This document shows positions 18,602-28,222 of a stretch of DNA of 63,244 nucleotides, piece by piece. This stretch comes from a virus (lineage: Duplodnaviria > Caudoviricetes). Where the stretch lies: IMG/VR virus record IMGVR_UViG_3300021961_009334, positions 1-63,244 of that record; one strand, given 5' to 3'. A program made the translations under genes and the position numbers. The notes under the pieces were generated by a model, which was not told where the DNA came from, made no database searches, and worked only from the letters and a program-made list of their open reading frames with translations. The first letter of the stretch is position 1, and every line of letters begins with the position of its first letter.

Positions 18602-19794
18602 TTTAGACGTAGTGCTTTCATTATCTTACCTAGAGTCGTTTTATTAACATCTGGTGTTGTATTCTGTTTGGTAACAATACCAACACCTGCCGCATCTTCT
18701 TGATTGGTAGGAGTAAGAACCTTCACTCTGATAGGTTTGTTTAAAGCCAAAGCGGCATAAAATCTTGTCCTGCCACCTACCACAATTAATTCACTGCCGT
18801 TTTTCAGCACTACAGGAGGCTCATATCTGTTTTGATTGATTTGATCAATCAGATTACCAAGAGGGTATCCTCTTTTTCTTGCTTCACCTTGGTCTCGTTT
18901 ATCCATGATCTGAACAAATTTGTTTTTTATATCTGGTGATCCTTGAGCACTCAATATGCTTTTTAATGCTTGTGGGTCATTTGGTTTGTTGGCTAAATTT
19001 TTTAATTTAGGAATCTGGGTTGGATTAACCATTTGAGTGGGTGCTTTTTGAATGATTGGTGAAACTTTTTTTACTGACTCTAGATCATTTTTTAACCCCA
19101 AACTTTGAACATATTTTTGTATTGTTGGCTCGTCTTGTCCTAACAATTCCCATGCTTCATCTTCCACACTTTCATTAGTTTCAATTTGTTCGATATAACT
19201 TTTTAAACCTTCACGGATGCCCATACCAGTTCTTACTGCCTTGTAGATATTTTTCTTTAAACCTTCATTGCCTTGAAACATAGTTTTAAATGTTTCATAG
19301 TCACCAGCTGCCGCTGCCTCACGAGCTTTTGATGCTGACACACCTTCAACTCCTTCAGAGTCAGGATCTCTATCTCCTGCTGATATCACATCAATTGAAT
19401 CAAAAGAATATTCTTGTCCATTGTATTTTGCCAACAAGTCATTGAATTGTTTGGTTCTGTCTGAACCCACTACCATTGCCACTCGCTTATGTCCTGCCGT
19501 CTCTAAAAATTTCATCACATCTATGATTGTTCTTATGCTGGGATCAGTGATGATATGATCACCTGCTTCTGGAAACTGTCTATCTATCAGTGCAATTTTT
19601 TGATCTCTGTTGAGAGGATTTTTTTTAGGATCTTGTGTGGGTGAAACAAACACAAAATACACAGGACTCACTGTTTTTACTTTGTCAAATAGTTTCTTGT
19701 GTCCTATTGTGGGTGGATTAAATCTACCAAACACAAAAGCCGCTGTTACAGATTTATCGTCTTCATATAAATTGCTAATATCATTAATTTTCAT
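18598..19794 (-). CDS. Cytidylyltransferase-like nucleotidyltransferase fused to a ParB/Srx-like domain
   Basis: FGRFNPPTIGH, VVGSDR, SAGDRDPD..SASKAR; C-terminal PPVV...VVGGRTRF. Confidence 0.75.
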   Translation of the reverse strand: MKINDISNLYEDDKSVTAAFVFGRFNPPTIGHKKLFDKVKTVSPVYFVFVSPTQDPKKNPLNRDQKIALIDRQFPEAGDHIITDPSIRTIIDVMKFLETAGHKRVAMVVGSDRTKQFNDLLAKYNGQEYSFDSIDVISAGDRDPDSEGVEGVSASKAREAAAAGDYETFKTMFQGNEGLKKNIYKAVRTGMGIREGLKSYIEQIETNESVEDEAWELLGQDEPTIQKYVQSLGLKNDLESVKKVSPIIQKAPTQMVNPTQIPKLKNLANKPNDPQALKSILSAQGSPDIKNKFVQIMDKRDQGEARKRGYPLGNLIDQINQNRYEPPVVLKNGSELIVVGGRTRFYAALALNKPIRVKVLTPTNQEDAAGVGIVTKQNTTPDVNKTTLGKIMKALRLK

Positions 19795-20062
19795 TTTTTG
19801 ACTTAGAAATATCGTTGTTAACTATTTCACTATATATTTCGTTTACAAGTTCTTCTTTTGTTTCACCAGGAATCATTGCGTAATCTAAATTGTTATTTTT
19901 ACAATATCTCATTGTGGCATTGTCTACAATTTCTTTTACTCTTGCTTGATCTTCAGGATTGCGTCTTAAATGCATCACAGTAGGAACATAGTGACGTCTG
20001 TATATTTCTTCATCATCAAATATTGATGTGAATATGGCTGTTTTTAAATCTTCATCATGCAT
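19784..20062 (-). CDS. Hypothetical protein
   Basis: 92 aa; TAAATA upstream. Confidence 0.65.
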   Translation of the reverse strand: MHDEDLKTAIFTSIFDDEEIYRRHYVPTVMHLRRNPEDQARVKEIVDNATMRYCKNNNLDYAMIPGETKEELVNEIYSEIVNNDISKSKNEN

Positions 20063-20068
20063 GATGTA

Positions 20069-20275
20069 TTATTTATTTGTTTCTTTGTAGACAAATTCAT
20101 AACTACTCATGCTACCCACATACATGCCAGGTTTGGTTTTTTTCATACTTACTTTGATATCGCCGGGTTGAAGTAAAACAGTCATCCACCCATCTGTGTG
20201 GTTGATAACCTTTGCGTCCACCCATTTGTCGTTGTCTGTGCAGTGAATTTTGATAGTATTGTCTGCGTTTACCAT
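20069..20275 (-). CDS. Hypothetical protein
   Basis: 68 aa, fills the gap between genes. Confidence 0.6.
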   Translation of the reverse strand: MVNADNTIKIHCTDNDKWVDAKVINHTDGWMTVLLQPGDIKVSMKKTKPGMYVGSMSSYEFVYKETNK

Positions 20276-23271
20276 GTGTATGATACTCCTAGATTTGCTG
20301 TTAGTATATTATCATTCTCCACAAATGTATATCTTGAACCAGTGTTAATGCTCCAGTCTTCATTCAACTGTTTGGCATAAGACATTTCTAAAACCATGGG
20401 AGTCTGTGTGGACACAGCAGATGAGGACCCGGAAGCAAAATTAGTGCTGTCGCTGATCCAATCATATGACACTGGCACAGTATAATCAATTGATCCATGG
20501 ATCACACTGATCTGTTCACCCACTTTGAATGAAAATGAATCTTTTGATTGTGAATAGTTGACACCAGCATACCAAGACTGTGATTGAATGTTGTTGGAAC
20601 CTTTTATGAAAGAATTACCAGCAGAATCAATTTCAGAATAACCTCTAGTGTAGGAACCTATCCAACTCCAAGTGTCATTTATGGCATAGGACAGGTCTGC
20701 TCCTATATAATTGGTAGTGCTGGAATCAATAGCAAACAAGCCATCAAAAGCAGAACCCAACAATGCTTGGCGCTGAGTCATGTGACCGAAGTTGTAGGTC
20801 ACTTGTAGATTGTCTGTGTGTTCAACTGATTGACCATACTGCCAGTCATCACCATCCTGGCTCATAGCAAACTTGATGTCGCCATCTGAAAGAGTGTGTA
20901 ATGGTTCGTAGTTGGCAAACTGATTAGCAAGAGATCTTTCACTCAATTCAAACTGTGTGAAAGCATCGTCATTCACGTAGTAATCTCTGTTATAAGAATC
21001 CATGACCACAATAGAAGAAATTTGAGCGATGTCATCCAACCCACTAAGGCTGAGGTCACCCACAATGCCACCCGACACAGCACTGATCGATCCGGAAGGT
21101 TGGACAGCAACTATATCACCTTGTGGTTTGGTGGCTTCATTTAAATCCACTAGTCCGTGTCCATACACCGCATCAACTCCTGGTTCTCCCAAGTCTAGAG
21201 CAGTGGATGTGATCAATCCAACCAACTGTTCTGGTTCCAGTTGTGGCCATGCCTGTTTCAACACAGCGATAGATCCTGTCACATAAGGTGCCGCCATGGA
21301 AGTTCCACTCTTAGTGGTTGTGCCACCACCGTTGGCTGTAGAAAGAATGTTCACACCTGGTGCCACCACGAAGAAATCTTTTGTGTTGAATGTGTCATTA
21401 CAACCTGTGGCAACACCGTCCGTGTACACCACATTGGAACAGATGTGTCCTGCTTTGTTGGACCATGAAGCAATTTGATTGTTGGAGTCGACAGCACCCA
21501 CGATCAACCATTGTCCATTAAGATATAGGTCACCATTCGAATCCACTCTGGTGGCATAGTGTGAAGGCATCATGGGGTAATCCAATCCATAGTTGCCTGC
21601 GGAGTTCACAATGATCATGCCATTGTCGATCGCTGTCTGATAATTCGACAGTGTGGCATCTGCTACACCATCCACAGAAGATTGTCCAGGCAAGTAGTAA
21701 GCATCAGTGCTACCAATTTGTGTCAAGATTGTTGTTGATGTGTTGGCAGACAGGTTGGCCACAGCGGCACCTTGATTGCTCAACACTATCATGGCTTCGT
21801 CAAAATAAGAAGCAGAACAAGATCCACTTGAATAACACAATTTTATTGAAATGAGATCAGCATCATAGGCCACACCGTGAGTGCCTATGTCATTCTTTGC
21901 ACCGGCGATGATGCCAGCCACGTGAGTGCCGTGACCATTGTCATCTTCTGTGCCAGCAAATCTGTAATTGATGGTTGAAAATCTATCTGTATCAAAATCT
22001 TCATGATCAGTATCTATGCCCGAATCGATCATGCCGACTATCACACCGTCTCCGGTCCATCCTCTGTCGTAGGCATATGATGCATTAATCTGACTGAGAG
22101 CAGTTCTGTTGTATTCGTCAGTCAAAAACTGTGTGCCGATTGGTGTTGAATTTGTGGCGATCAATGTTTCTGCAGATGTGCTGGATTCTGCCCAAGTAGT
22201 CACAGTTTCTGTGACAGGAGTTCCCAACACATAAGTTTCTGTTCCGTCCGACCATTCTGTCACAGTCTTGGGAGTAAGTGTTGTGGTTGTGTGAGTTGGA
22301 GTTCTTGTTGTGGTGGTTACCACTTGATAGGTTCTGGTTATTGTGGCATCAACTGTGCTTTCCGATTCTGTTCTTGTGGTTGTGGCAGTTGTTATCACAT
22401 CATCTCCCTGTGTGATGCTTTGTTCTTCTACATTGACCACATAAGTGTCTGTCACATGAGCAGTGGTAGATGTGGATGCTAAAACTTCTGCGACAGATTG
22501 TGTGCTTGAATCACTTGATTGAGCAGTCACAGTTGCTTCGCCTTGTTGTTCTGTTGTGGTGCCATCTGACCAAGTGAATGTTGCTATGGGAGTCACAGTG
22601 GTATAAATTGTTGTTGTCACCACCGAAGTGGTTGTGGTGACTGTGTACACATTGGTTGTGGTTGACCCATTGTCATTTTCCACAGTTTCTGTTCTTGTGG
22701 TCACAACATCTGTGTTTACAGGATCACTTGTGCTGGTAGAAGTAGTTGTGCTAGAAGAAATTGTTTTAGACACAATCACTTTCTGACCTTGACCTTGATT
22801 TTTATAGAGGTTTAATTTTTCTTGAGCAGTTAGAGTTTGGTCATATTCGACTATCGCTGTCATGTCAAGATACTCACTTGAAGTATCGTCAAACTGACCT
22901 TGGTTTGCCGCCATTGACCATAGTGATTCCTTGCCATCATAGTATCTTGATTTGAATCCTTTAAGAGCATAATATCCTTCTTCAAGAGTCATGGTCTGAC
23001 CATCAATTATAATATTGACATTTGCTAGACTGCTTGGATCAAAGTTTGGATGATTGTCTACCCACTGAAATGCTTCATAAGCCTCTTGAATATCTACCTG
23101 TTTATCATCGGCGATATCTATCAGTCTGCTAATGAAGGAATTTGAAACTACATCTGTTGAAACAGATATATTGGTTGGATTAGGAACCGATATAGAAACT
23201 GGTCCTCCTCCACCGCCACCACAGTTTGCTAGAAACAGTGATAATGCTAAAATGCTCACTAATCTTATCAT
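20269..23271 (-). CDS. Lipoprotein subtilisin-like (S8) protease with Thr-rich linker and probable C-terminal beta-barrel
   Basis: Lipobox LANC-GGGGGG; triad IDSG, HGTHVAG, GTSMAAP; C-terminus LGVSYTW. Confidence 0.85.
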   Translation of the reverse strand: MIRLVSILALSLFLANCGGGGGGPVSISVPNPTNISVSTDVVSNSFISRLIDIADDKQVDIQEAYEAFQWVDNHPNFDPSSLANVNIIIDGQTMTLEEGYYALKGFKSRYYDGKESLWSMAANQGQFDDTSSEYLDMTAIVEYDQTLTAQEKLNLYKNQGQGQKVIVSKTISSSTTTSTSTSDPVNTDVVTTRTETVENDNGSTTTNVYTVTTTTSVVTTTIYTTVTPIATFTWSDGTTTEQQGEATVTAQSSDSSTQSVAEVLASTSTTAHVTDTYVVNVEEQSITQGDDVITTATTTRTESESTVDATITRTYQVVTTTTRTPTHTTTTLTPKTVTEWSDGTETYVLGTPVTETVTTWAESSTSAETLIATNSTPIGTQFLTDEYNRTALSQINASYAYDRGWTGDGVIVGMIDSGIDTDHEDFDTDRFSTINYRFAGTEDDNGHGTHVAGIIAGAKNDIGTHGVAYDADLISIKLCYSSGSCSASYFDEAMIVLSNQGAAVANLSANTSTTILTQIGSTDAYYLPGQSSVDGVADATLSNYQTAIDNGMIIVNSAGNYGLDYPMMPSHYATRVDSNGDLYLNGQWLIVGAVDSNNQIASWSNKAGHICSNVVYTDGVATGCNDTFNTKDFFVVAPGVNILSTANGGGTTTKSGTSMAAPYVTGSIAVLKQAWPQLEPEQLVGLITSTALDLGEPGVDAVYGHGLVDLNEATKPQGDIVAVQPSGSISAVSGGIVGDLSLSGLDDIAQISSIVVMDSYNRDYYVNDDAFTQFELSERSLANQFANYEPLHTLSDGDIKFAMSQDGDDWQYGQSVEHTDNLQVTYNFGHMTQRQALLGSAFDGLFAIDSSTTNYIGADLSYAINDTWSWIGSYTRGYSEIDSAGNSFIKGSNNIQSQSWYAGVNYSQSKDSFSFKVGEQISVIHGSIDYTVPVSYDWISDSTNFASGSSSAVSTQTPMVLEMSYAKQLNEDWSINTGSRYTFVENDNILTANLGVSYTW

Positions 23272-23277
23272 ACTAAT

Positions 23278-23305
23278 ATTGTACTACAGATTAGTGATCT
23301 GTCAA
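23278..23305 (-). promoter_or_regulatory. Sigma70-like promoter TTGACA-N16-TACAAT, 6 nt before ATG
   Basis: Read directly upstream of the S8 gene. Confidence 0.75.
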
Positions 23306-23319
23306 TGTGGTAAAAACCG

Positions 23320-23670
23320 CTATCTTTGGAAGCCTACAGTGTCTCTAATAATATCTTTTTCTGGAAATTCTGCCCAATACAGTTCATAAGCAACAGAGTC
23401 TTCTAAACACTCAAATTGGTGTAAGAGACCTGGCTTTACTTTGGTATAATCTCCTGCTTTTAGGACAGTTTCATCACAGAGATCGTAGTCTTTTTGCCAC
23501 ACTCTGATTAAAAGCGATCCTGATTCAACAAAAAAACCATTCCATTTATATTCATGAATATGTTTAGAACATACACCGCCTGCTTTGGTAACAATTCTGT
23601 GAAACTCTAAAACACCATTGCGTTCTACAAGTTCAGTGGTTCCCCACACTTTGCCTGATACAAAACTCAT
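23320..23670 (-). CDS. Cupin-domain protein
   Basis: KVWG, CSKHIH..K..F..ESG, PGLLHQF. Confidence 0.8.
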   Translation of the reverse strand: MSFVSGKVWGTTELVERNGVLEFHRIVTKAGGVCSKHIHEYKWNGFFVESGSLLIRVWQKDYDLCDETVLKAGDYTKVKPGLLHQFECLEDSVAYELYWAEFPEKDIIRDTVGFQR

Positions 23671-23690
23671 GCAAATAATTATGTGGTAAT

Positions 23691-24041
23691 TTAAAAGTTA
23701 AGTTGAATTTTGGTTATTGAACCAGCATCTACACTAACATAAGATCTTACCCAAACAAAATTTCCGGTAAAGTTTATGTATTTGTTGCCAGTTACTGTAG
23801 AGCCATCATATGAAAATGATGTGCCATCTATATCAAACCAATCATTTGAATTAGGGTCTGTTGCTAGGCTAGCCTGCATTTTAATGGTGCCTACATAATC
23901 AGATGACACAATATAAGCCACTGTGTGTAATCCATCAGCACTGCCATAATAACCATCTGCTTTGACTTTGTCAGATATAGTAAATGATGTAGAGTCTCCT
24001 GAACTAACTTGTGTTTGTACAGTTATTGATTGTTGTGGCAT
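23691..24041 (-). CDS. Putative virion structural protein
   Basis: KADGYYG..DGLHTV, FTGNFVWVR; TAAATA 5 nt upstream. Confidence 0.65.
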   Translation of the reverse strand: MPQQSITVQTQVSSGDSTSFTISDKVKADGYYGSADGLHTVAYIVSSDYVGTIKMQASLATDPNSNDWFDIDGTSFSYDGSTVTGNKYINFTGNFVWVRSYVSVDAGSITKIQLNF

Positions 24042-24049
24042 GTGTGTAT

Positions 24050-24334
24050 TTATTGTTGCATTTCTGGATATAACCGTTCGATAGTTTGCTGATCCATTCC
24101 ATTAATTTCGTGTATTTTACTAGCACCAACAAGATATTGATTCAAACTCCACGGGTCACAGCCTTTAATATACATTGCTCCTTTATCAGTACAAGCATAA
24201 TCCTCGAATAGTATATCTTTAGGTACTTCTACAGGAGTCCCTCCTAACCCATATGATTTAACAGTTGCTTTCATGATTGAGTGTTTGTTAACAATATTAT
24301 TGTTGATCAAATATTTTATAATTTTAGATTTCAT
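24050..24334 (-). CDS. Hypothetical protein
   Basis: 94 aa; SD AGGAG. Confidence 0.65.
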   Translation of the reverse strand: MKSKIIKYLINNNIVNKHSIMKATVKSYGLGGTPVEVPKDILFEDYACTDKGAMYIKGCDPWSLNQYLVGASKIHEINGMDQQTIERLYPEMQQ

Positions 24335-24342
24335 TTTTTCTC

Positions 24343-26562
24343 CTATTTTAATATTTCAAATTCTTTAGTTTCCTTGTTGTAAGATACAGTGAGTATTTGG
24401 TCGATTATACCTTCGAACAATAATTTTTTACTTAACGGTAATTTAATTCTGGTATTAATTACTCTCTGCAATGGTCTTGCACCCATCTTAGAATCAAATC
24501 CTTCTTCGATTAATTGTTCTTTTGCTGTGTCGTCTAGTTTCACAACAATCCGTTTGTTTTCCATCTGTTTGTTTAATTCATTAACAAACTTGCCAACTAT
24601 ATCAATCATTACACCTTTTTCTAATGCTTTAAATCTCAACACAGCATCCAGTCTGTTTCTAAATTCTGGAGAAAAAAAGTTATTGATATCAATTTCTCCG
24701 TCATGATTGTTGTTTTCCATAAAACCTAATGTGTTTGATTGCATATCTTCTGCTCCTAGATTAGATGTTAACAGTATAATAGAGTTAGATAGATTAACTT
24801 TTTTACCGTTAGACGCTGTGATACTTGCATCGTCCATGGCTTGTAATAATATGGTCATTACATCTCGGTGTGCTTTTTCAACTTCGTCGAACAGTAACAC
24901 ACAATTAGGATGTTTTTCTAGTTCATTAATTAATTGTCCTGAACCTGTTTGACCGTCATCATAGCCAACGTAACCTGGAGGAGCACCAATCAGTTTGGCA
25001 ACAGAATGTTTCTCTTGGTATTCTGACATGTCAAATTTTAATAATGGTAGATTCAATCCGTCTGCTAGTTTTCTTGCTGTTTCAGTTTTACCACAACCAG
25101 TTGGTCCCACGCAAAGAAATGATCCTATGGGTTTGTTTTCTTGCTTCAATCCCGCTTGAGCAACCAAAACTGTATCCACTAACTTGTCTATTACTTCGTC
25201 TTGGCCAAACACTTGTGATTTTATCAATTTACCAAGGTGTTCGAGTGATTCAGTTTTTGTTTGTACTATTGATTCAAATTTAATGCCAGATATTTTCGAA
25301 ATTTGTTCTTGTATATCTTTTAAATCTACATCTCTAAATGCATCAAAAATTTTAGATTTAGCACATGCACGATCTAATACATCTATTGACTTATCAGGCA
25401 ATTGTCTATCAGTAATATACTTTACACTTAAATCAACACTAGATTCAATAGCAGTTTGAGTAATCTGTACTTTATGATAATTCTCGAACTGTTCTTTGAG
25501 CCCATACATAATTTGTTTGGCATGTTCTATAGATGGTTCCTCTATATTGACTTTGGCAAATCTTCTCATCAAAGCACGATCCTTTTCAAAGTGTTTACGA
25601 TATTCTTCCCAAGTAGTTGATGCAATTACTTTTAAGTCACCTCTAGCTAAGTGTGGTTTTAATAAATTTGCTAAATCAACTCCACCCTGGCCACCAGATC
25701 CTGCTCCATGCATCATGTGTGCTTCATCTATAAACATAATTGCTTTGTTATTTTTTTCTAATACACCTAACAAAACTTTTAATCTTTCTTCAAAATCGCC
25801 TCTGTATTTTGATCCAGCAATCAAACTACCAACATCTACAGAATAAATTATATGATCTTTGATCACATCTGGTACTTGATTTTTTACAATCATATGAGCT
25901 AATCCTTCAGCCACAGCAGTTTTACCTACACCCGGATCACCTATCATTATTACATTGTTTTTAATCTTTCTACCGAGCACAAGAGTAATTTCGTCTACTA
26001 CATCTTGTCTGCCTATACAAGTGAACGTTTTATTTTGTTTGGCTTGCTCGTTTAGATTAACTGTGTATTGTTGCAATATTTTTGATGCTTGTTTAGAACT
26101 CACATGTGTATTTTCTTCTGTTGTTCCTAATTCGGTTTCTGTCATAAAATCAACGATATGTTTTTTTGTTAGTCCGTGCTTTGCCATATAGAAAACAGCA
26201 TGGGAATTTTTTTCTGCATACATAGAACTTAAAAGATTAAGTGTCCCGACAGTTTCTTGTCCTGCAAATATAGCTTGTGTAAATGCACGATTTACCATCC
26301 TATCAATGGACTGTGTTCTTTTAGGAAAAATATCATCTTTTGTTTTAATTTCGTTCATGTTGTTTTCTATATGATTTTTTAATTCTGTTACTAAATCTCC
26401 GTATTTTATAGAAGAATTATTTTTACATAAATCACTTAATTCAGAAGATCCCAATAACACTAAAAGTAAATGTTCTAAAGTAATATATTCGTGTTTATTC
26501 TCTCTTGCTAGTTTTACAGCATCGTCAAAGATGTTTTTTAATTGTCCATCAGGTTCTATCAT
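24343..26562 (-). CDS. clpA: ClpA/ClpB-type Hsp100 AAA+ chaperone
   Basis: Clp N domain; GDPGVGKT and GPTGCGKT Walker A; FIDEAH, FDEVEKAH; LGF loop; GARPL. Confidence 0.9.
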   Translation of the reverse strand: MIEPDGQLKNIFDDAVKLARENKHEYITLEHLLLVLLGSSELSDLCKNNSSIKYGDLVTELKNHIENNMNEIKTKDDIFPKRTQSIDRMVNRAFTQAIFAGQETVGTLNLLSSMYAEKNSHAVFYMAKHGLTKKHIVDFMTETELGTTEENTHVSSKQASKILQQYTVNLNEQAKQNKTFTCIGRQDVVDEITLVLGRKIKNNVIMIGDPGVGKTAVAEGLAHMIVKNQVPDVIKDHIIYSVDVGSLIAGSKYRGDFEERLKVLLGVLEKNNKAIMFIDEAHMMHGAGSGGQGGVDLANLLKPHLARGDLKVIASTTWEEYRKHFEKDRALMRRFAKVNIEEPSIEHAKQIMYGLKEQFENYHKVQITQTAIESSVDLSVKYITDRQLPDKSIDVLDRACAKSKIFDAFRDVDLKDIQEQISKISGIKFESIVQTKTESLEHLGKLIKSQVFGQDEVIDKLVDTVLVAQAGLKQENKPIGSFLCVGPTGCGKTETARKLADGLNLPLLKFDMSEYQEKHSVAKLIGAPPGYVGYDDGQTGSGQLINELEKHPNCVLLFDEVEKAHRDVMTILLQAMDDASITASNGKKVNLSNSIILLTSNLGAEDMQSNTLGFMENNNHDGEIDINNFFSPEFRNRLDAVLRFKALEKGVMIDIVGKFVNELNKQMENKRIVVKLDDTAKEQLIEEGFDSKMGARPLQRVINTRIKLPLSKKLLFEGIIDQILTVSYNKETKEFEILK

Positions 26563-27058
26563 TATATTTTCCTTGTTTCTTTTTTGCTCTTTCGTATTTT
26601 ATTTTTGTTACATTATCAATAAACAGTTTTCCGTCCAAGTGATCAATTTCATGCTGTATACATTTTGCCCATATATTCGCAAATCTGTCAACTGATTTTT
26701 TTAAGTTTTCGTCATACCATTCTACAATTACCCATTCTGGACGTTCAATAGTCATAAAAAGATTTGGAAACGACAAACATCCTTCTTCTGTAAGTGTTTT
26801 GGTTTTAGAGGTTTCTACTATTATAGGATTAATGAAAGTCTTTCTTTCTCTCATAACAAACATCCTTATGCCTATAGAAACTTGATTGGCGGCCAACCCA
26901 AGGCCGTCAGCAGATTCCATAGTATCATGCATGAGGTTAGAAATTTTACCCCATTCTAGATCTTGTGCTAAATTTGTTTCTTCGATTTTCTGACGCAGTG
27001 CATCATGAGGATGTAGATTAATTTTAAGAATATGTTTTTGCAAATTGTTTGATTGCAT
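26549..27058 (-). CDS. def: Peptide deformylase
   Basis: GLGLAANQ, EGCLS, QHEIDHLDG; SD AGGAGG. Confidence 0.95.
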   Translation of the reverse strand: MQSNNLQKHILKINLHPHDALRQKIEETNLAQDLEWGKISNLMHDTMESADGLGLAANQVSIGIRMFVMRERKTFINPIIVETSKTKTLTEEGCLSFPNLFMTIERPEWVIVEWYDENLKKSVDRFANIWAKCIQHEIDHLDGKLFIDNVTKIKYERAKKKQGKYNDRT

Positions 27059-27851
27059 TTTTATCCTCCTCTGTTAAATTTTTTGGTATACTAACATTTA
27101 CATGTACATAAAAATCTCCTACGTAGACTCCGTTTCTCATACCGTGCTGTGGGATCCGCATAGTAGTATTAGGCTGTGTGCCTGCAGGTATTTTAAGTTT
27201 TATAGATATCCCATCTACTGTTTTAATTTCTTTAGTTGTACCTATAATAGCCTCAAAAGCACTCACTGATGTTTCAGTGTGAAGATCTAATTTGTTGCGT
27301 TTAAAATCTGGGTGAGGAATAATTTGTATTTTTACAAGTAAATCTCCAGGAGGTTGGTTTTTAATATCTTTAGTTCCTAATCCTTTGTATCTTATTGTTT
27401 GACCACTATCTACACCGGGAGGAATATCAATGGTAACTTTATTAGGAAGTTGATCAAGATTAAAAAACTTTTTTGCTCCATGGAATGCTTCTAATAATGT
27501 TATTTCTAAATTAACTTGTATATTTTTATTTGTTGGTTGTCTGTTATAAGATCTTCTTCCTCGTGAAAAAGGATCACCACCAAAAAACTGAGAAAACATA
27601 TCTTGCATGTCAAAAGGATCACCTTGTGAAAAGTTAAAATTAAACCCATCTCCGCCAAATCGTTTAGATGCTTCGAATTGTTGACGTTTTTCTTCAGTTT
27701 TAATTTTGTCGTATGCTTCGTTGATTTCTTTAAACTTGTTTTCGTCACCGCCACGATCCGGATGATATTTGACTGCTAGTTTTCTAAATGCCTGTTTGAT
27801 GTCTTGATCAGATGCTGATTGATCAACACCTAATACTGTGTACGGATCCAT
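27024..27851 (-). CDS. dnaJ: DnaJ/CbpA-type co-chaperone (no Zn finger)
   Basis: J domain with HPD, G/F-rich linker, C-terminal substrate-binding domain. Confidence 0.92.
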   Translation of the reverse strand: MDPYTVLGVDQSASDQDIKQAFRKLAVKYHPDRGGDENKFKEINEAYDKIKTEEKRQQFEASKRFGGDGFNFNFSQGDPFDMQDMFSQFFGGDPFSRGRRSYNRQPTNKNIQVNLEITLLEAFHGAKKFFNLDQLPNKVTIDIPPGVDSGQTIRYKGLGTKDIKNQPPGDLLVKIQIIPHPDFKRNKLDLHTETSVSAFEAIIGTTKEIKTVDGISIKLKIPAGTQPNTTMRIPQHGMRNGVYVGDFYVHVNVSIPKNLTEEDKNAIKQFAKTYS

Positions 27852-27857
27852 AACATT

Positions 27858-27885
27858 AATATAATATAAATTTTAAAAACGTCAA
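27858..27885 (-). promoter_or_regulatory. Sigma70-like promoter TTGACG-N16-TATATT, 6 nt before ATG
   Basis: Upstream of dnaJ-def-clpA. Confidence 0.7.
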
Positions 27886-27892
27886 GTGATGG

Positions 27893-28222
27893 TTACTTGC
27901 GTGGAGAACTGCCTAGGTATAAACCAAACCAAGCCGCACCAGCACCAACCACAATTGATACCAACCCACTCTGTTCTAGATTAGGCACAGGCAAACTCAT
28001 AAACCAAGTTGTGACCTTGTAAACCAATATGATGTACACAGTCAAAAACACACGAGGCCATATTCTCCATGAGTCTACTGCTTGAGCAAGGTAAATCCAT
28101 TTTTTATAGGGATTTTGACTAAAGTCACGCATTGTAGCAGGAGGCGGAGTTATATCTACAGCAGGTGTTTCTTTTGCTTTAGATTCTTCTTGAATATTAT
28201 CGTCTTCTTCAACGTATGCCAT
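27893..28222 (-). CDS. Putative holin (2 TM)
   Basis: DSWRIWPRVFL...GAGAAWFGLY; downstream end of the lysis cluster. Confidence 0.6.
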   Translation of the reverse strand: MAYVEEDDNIQEESKAKETPAVDITPPPATMRDFSQNPYKKWIYLAQAVDSWRIWPRVFLTVYIILVYKVTTWFMSLPVPNLEQSGLVSIVVGAGAAWFGLYLGSSPRK

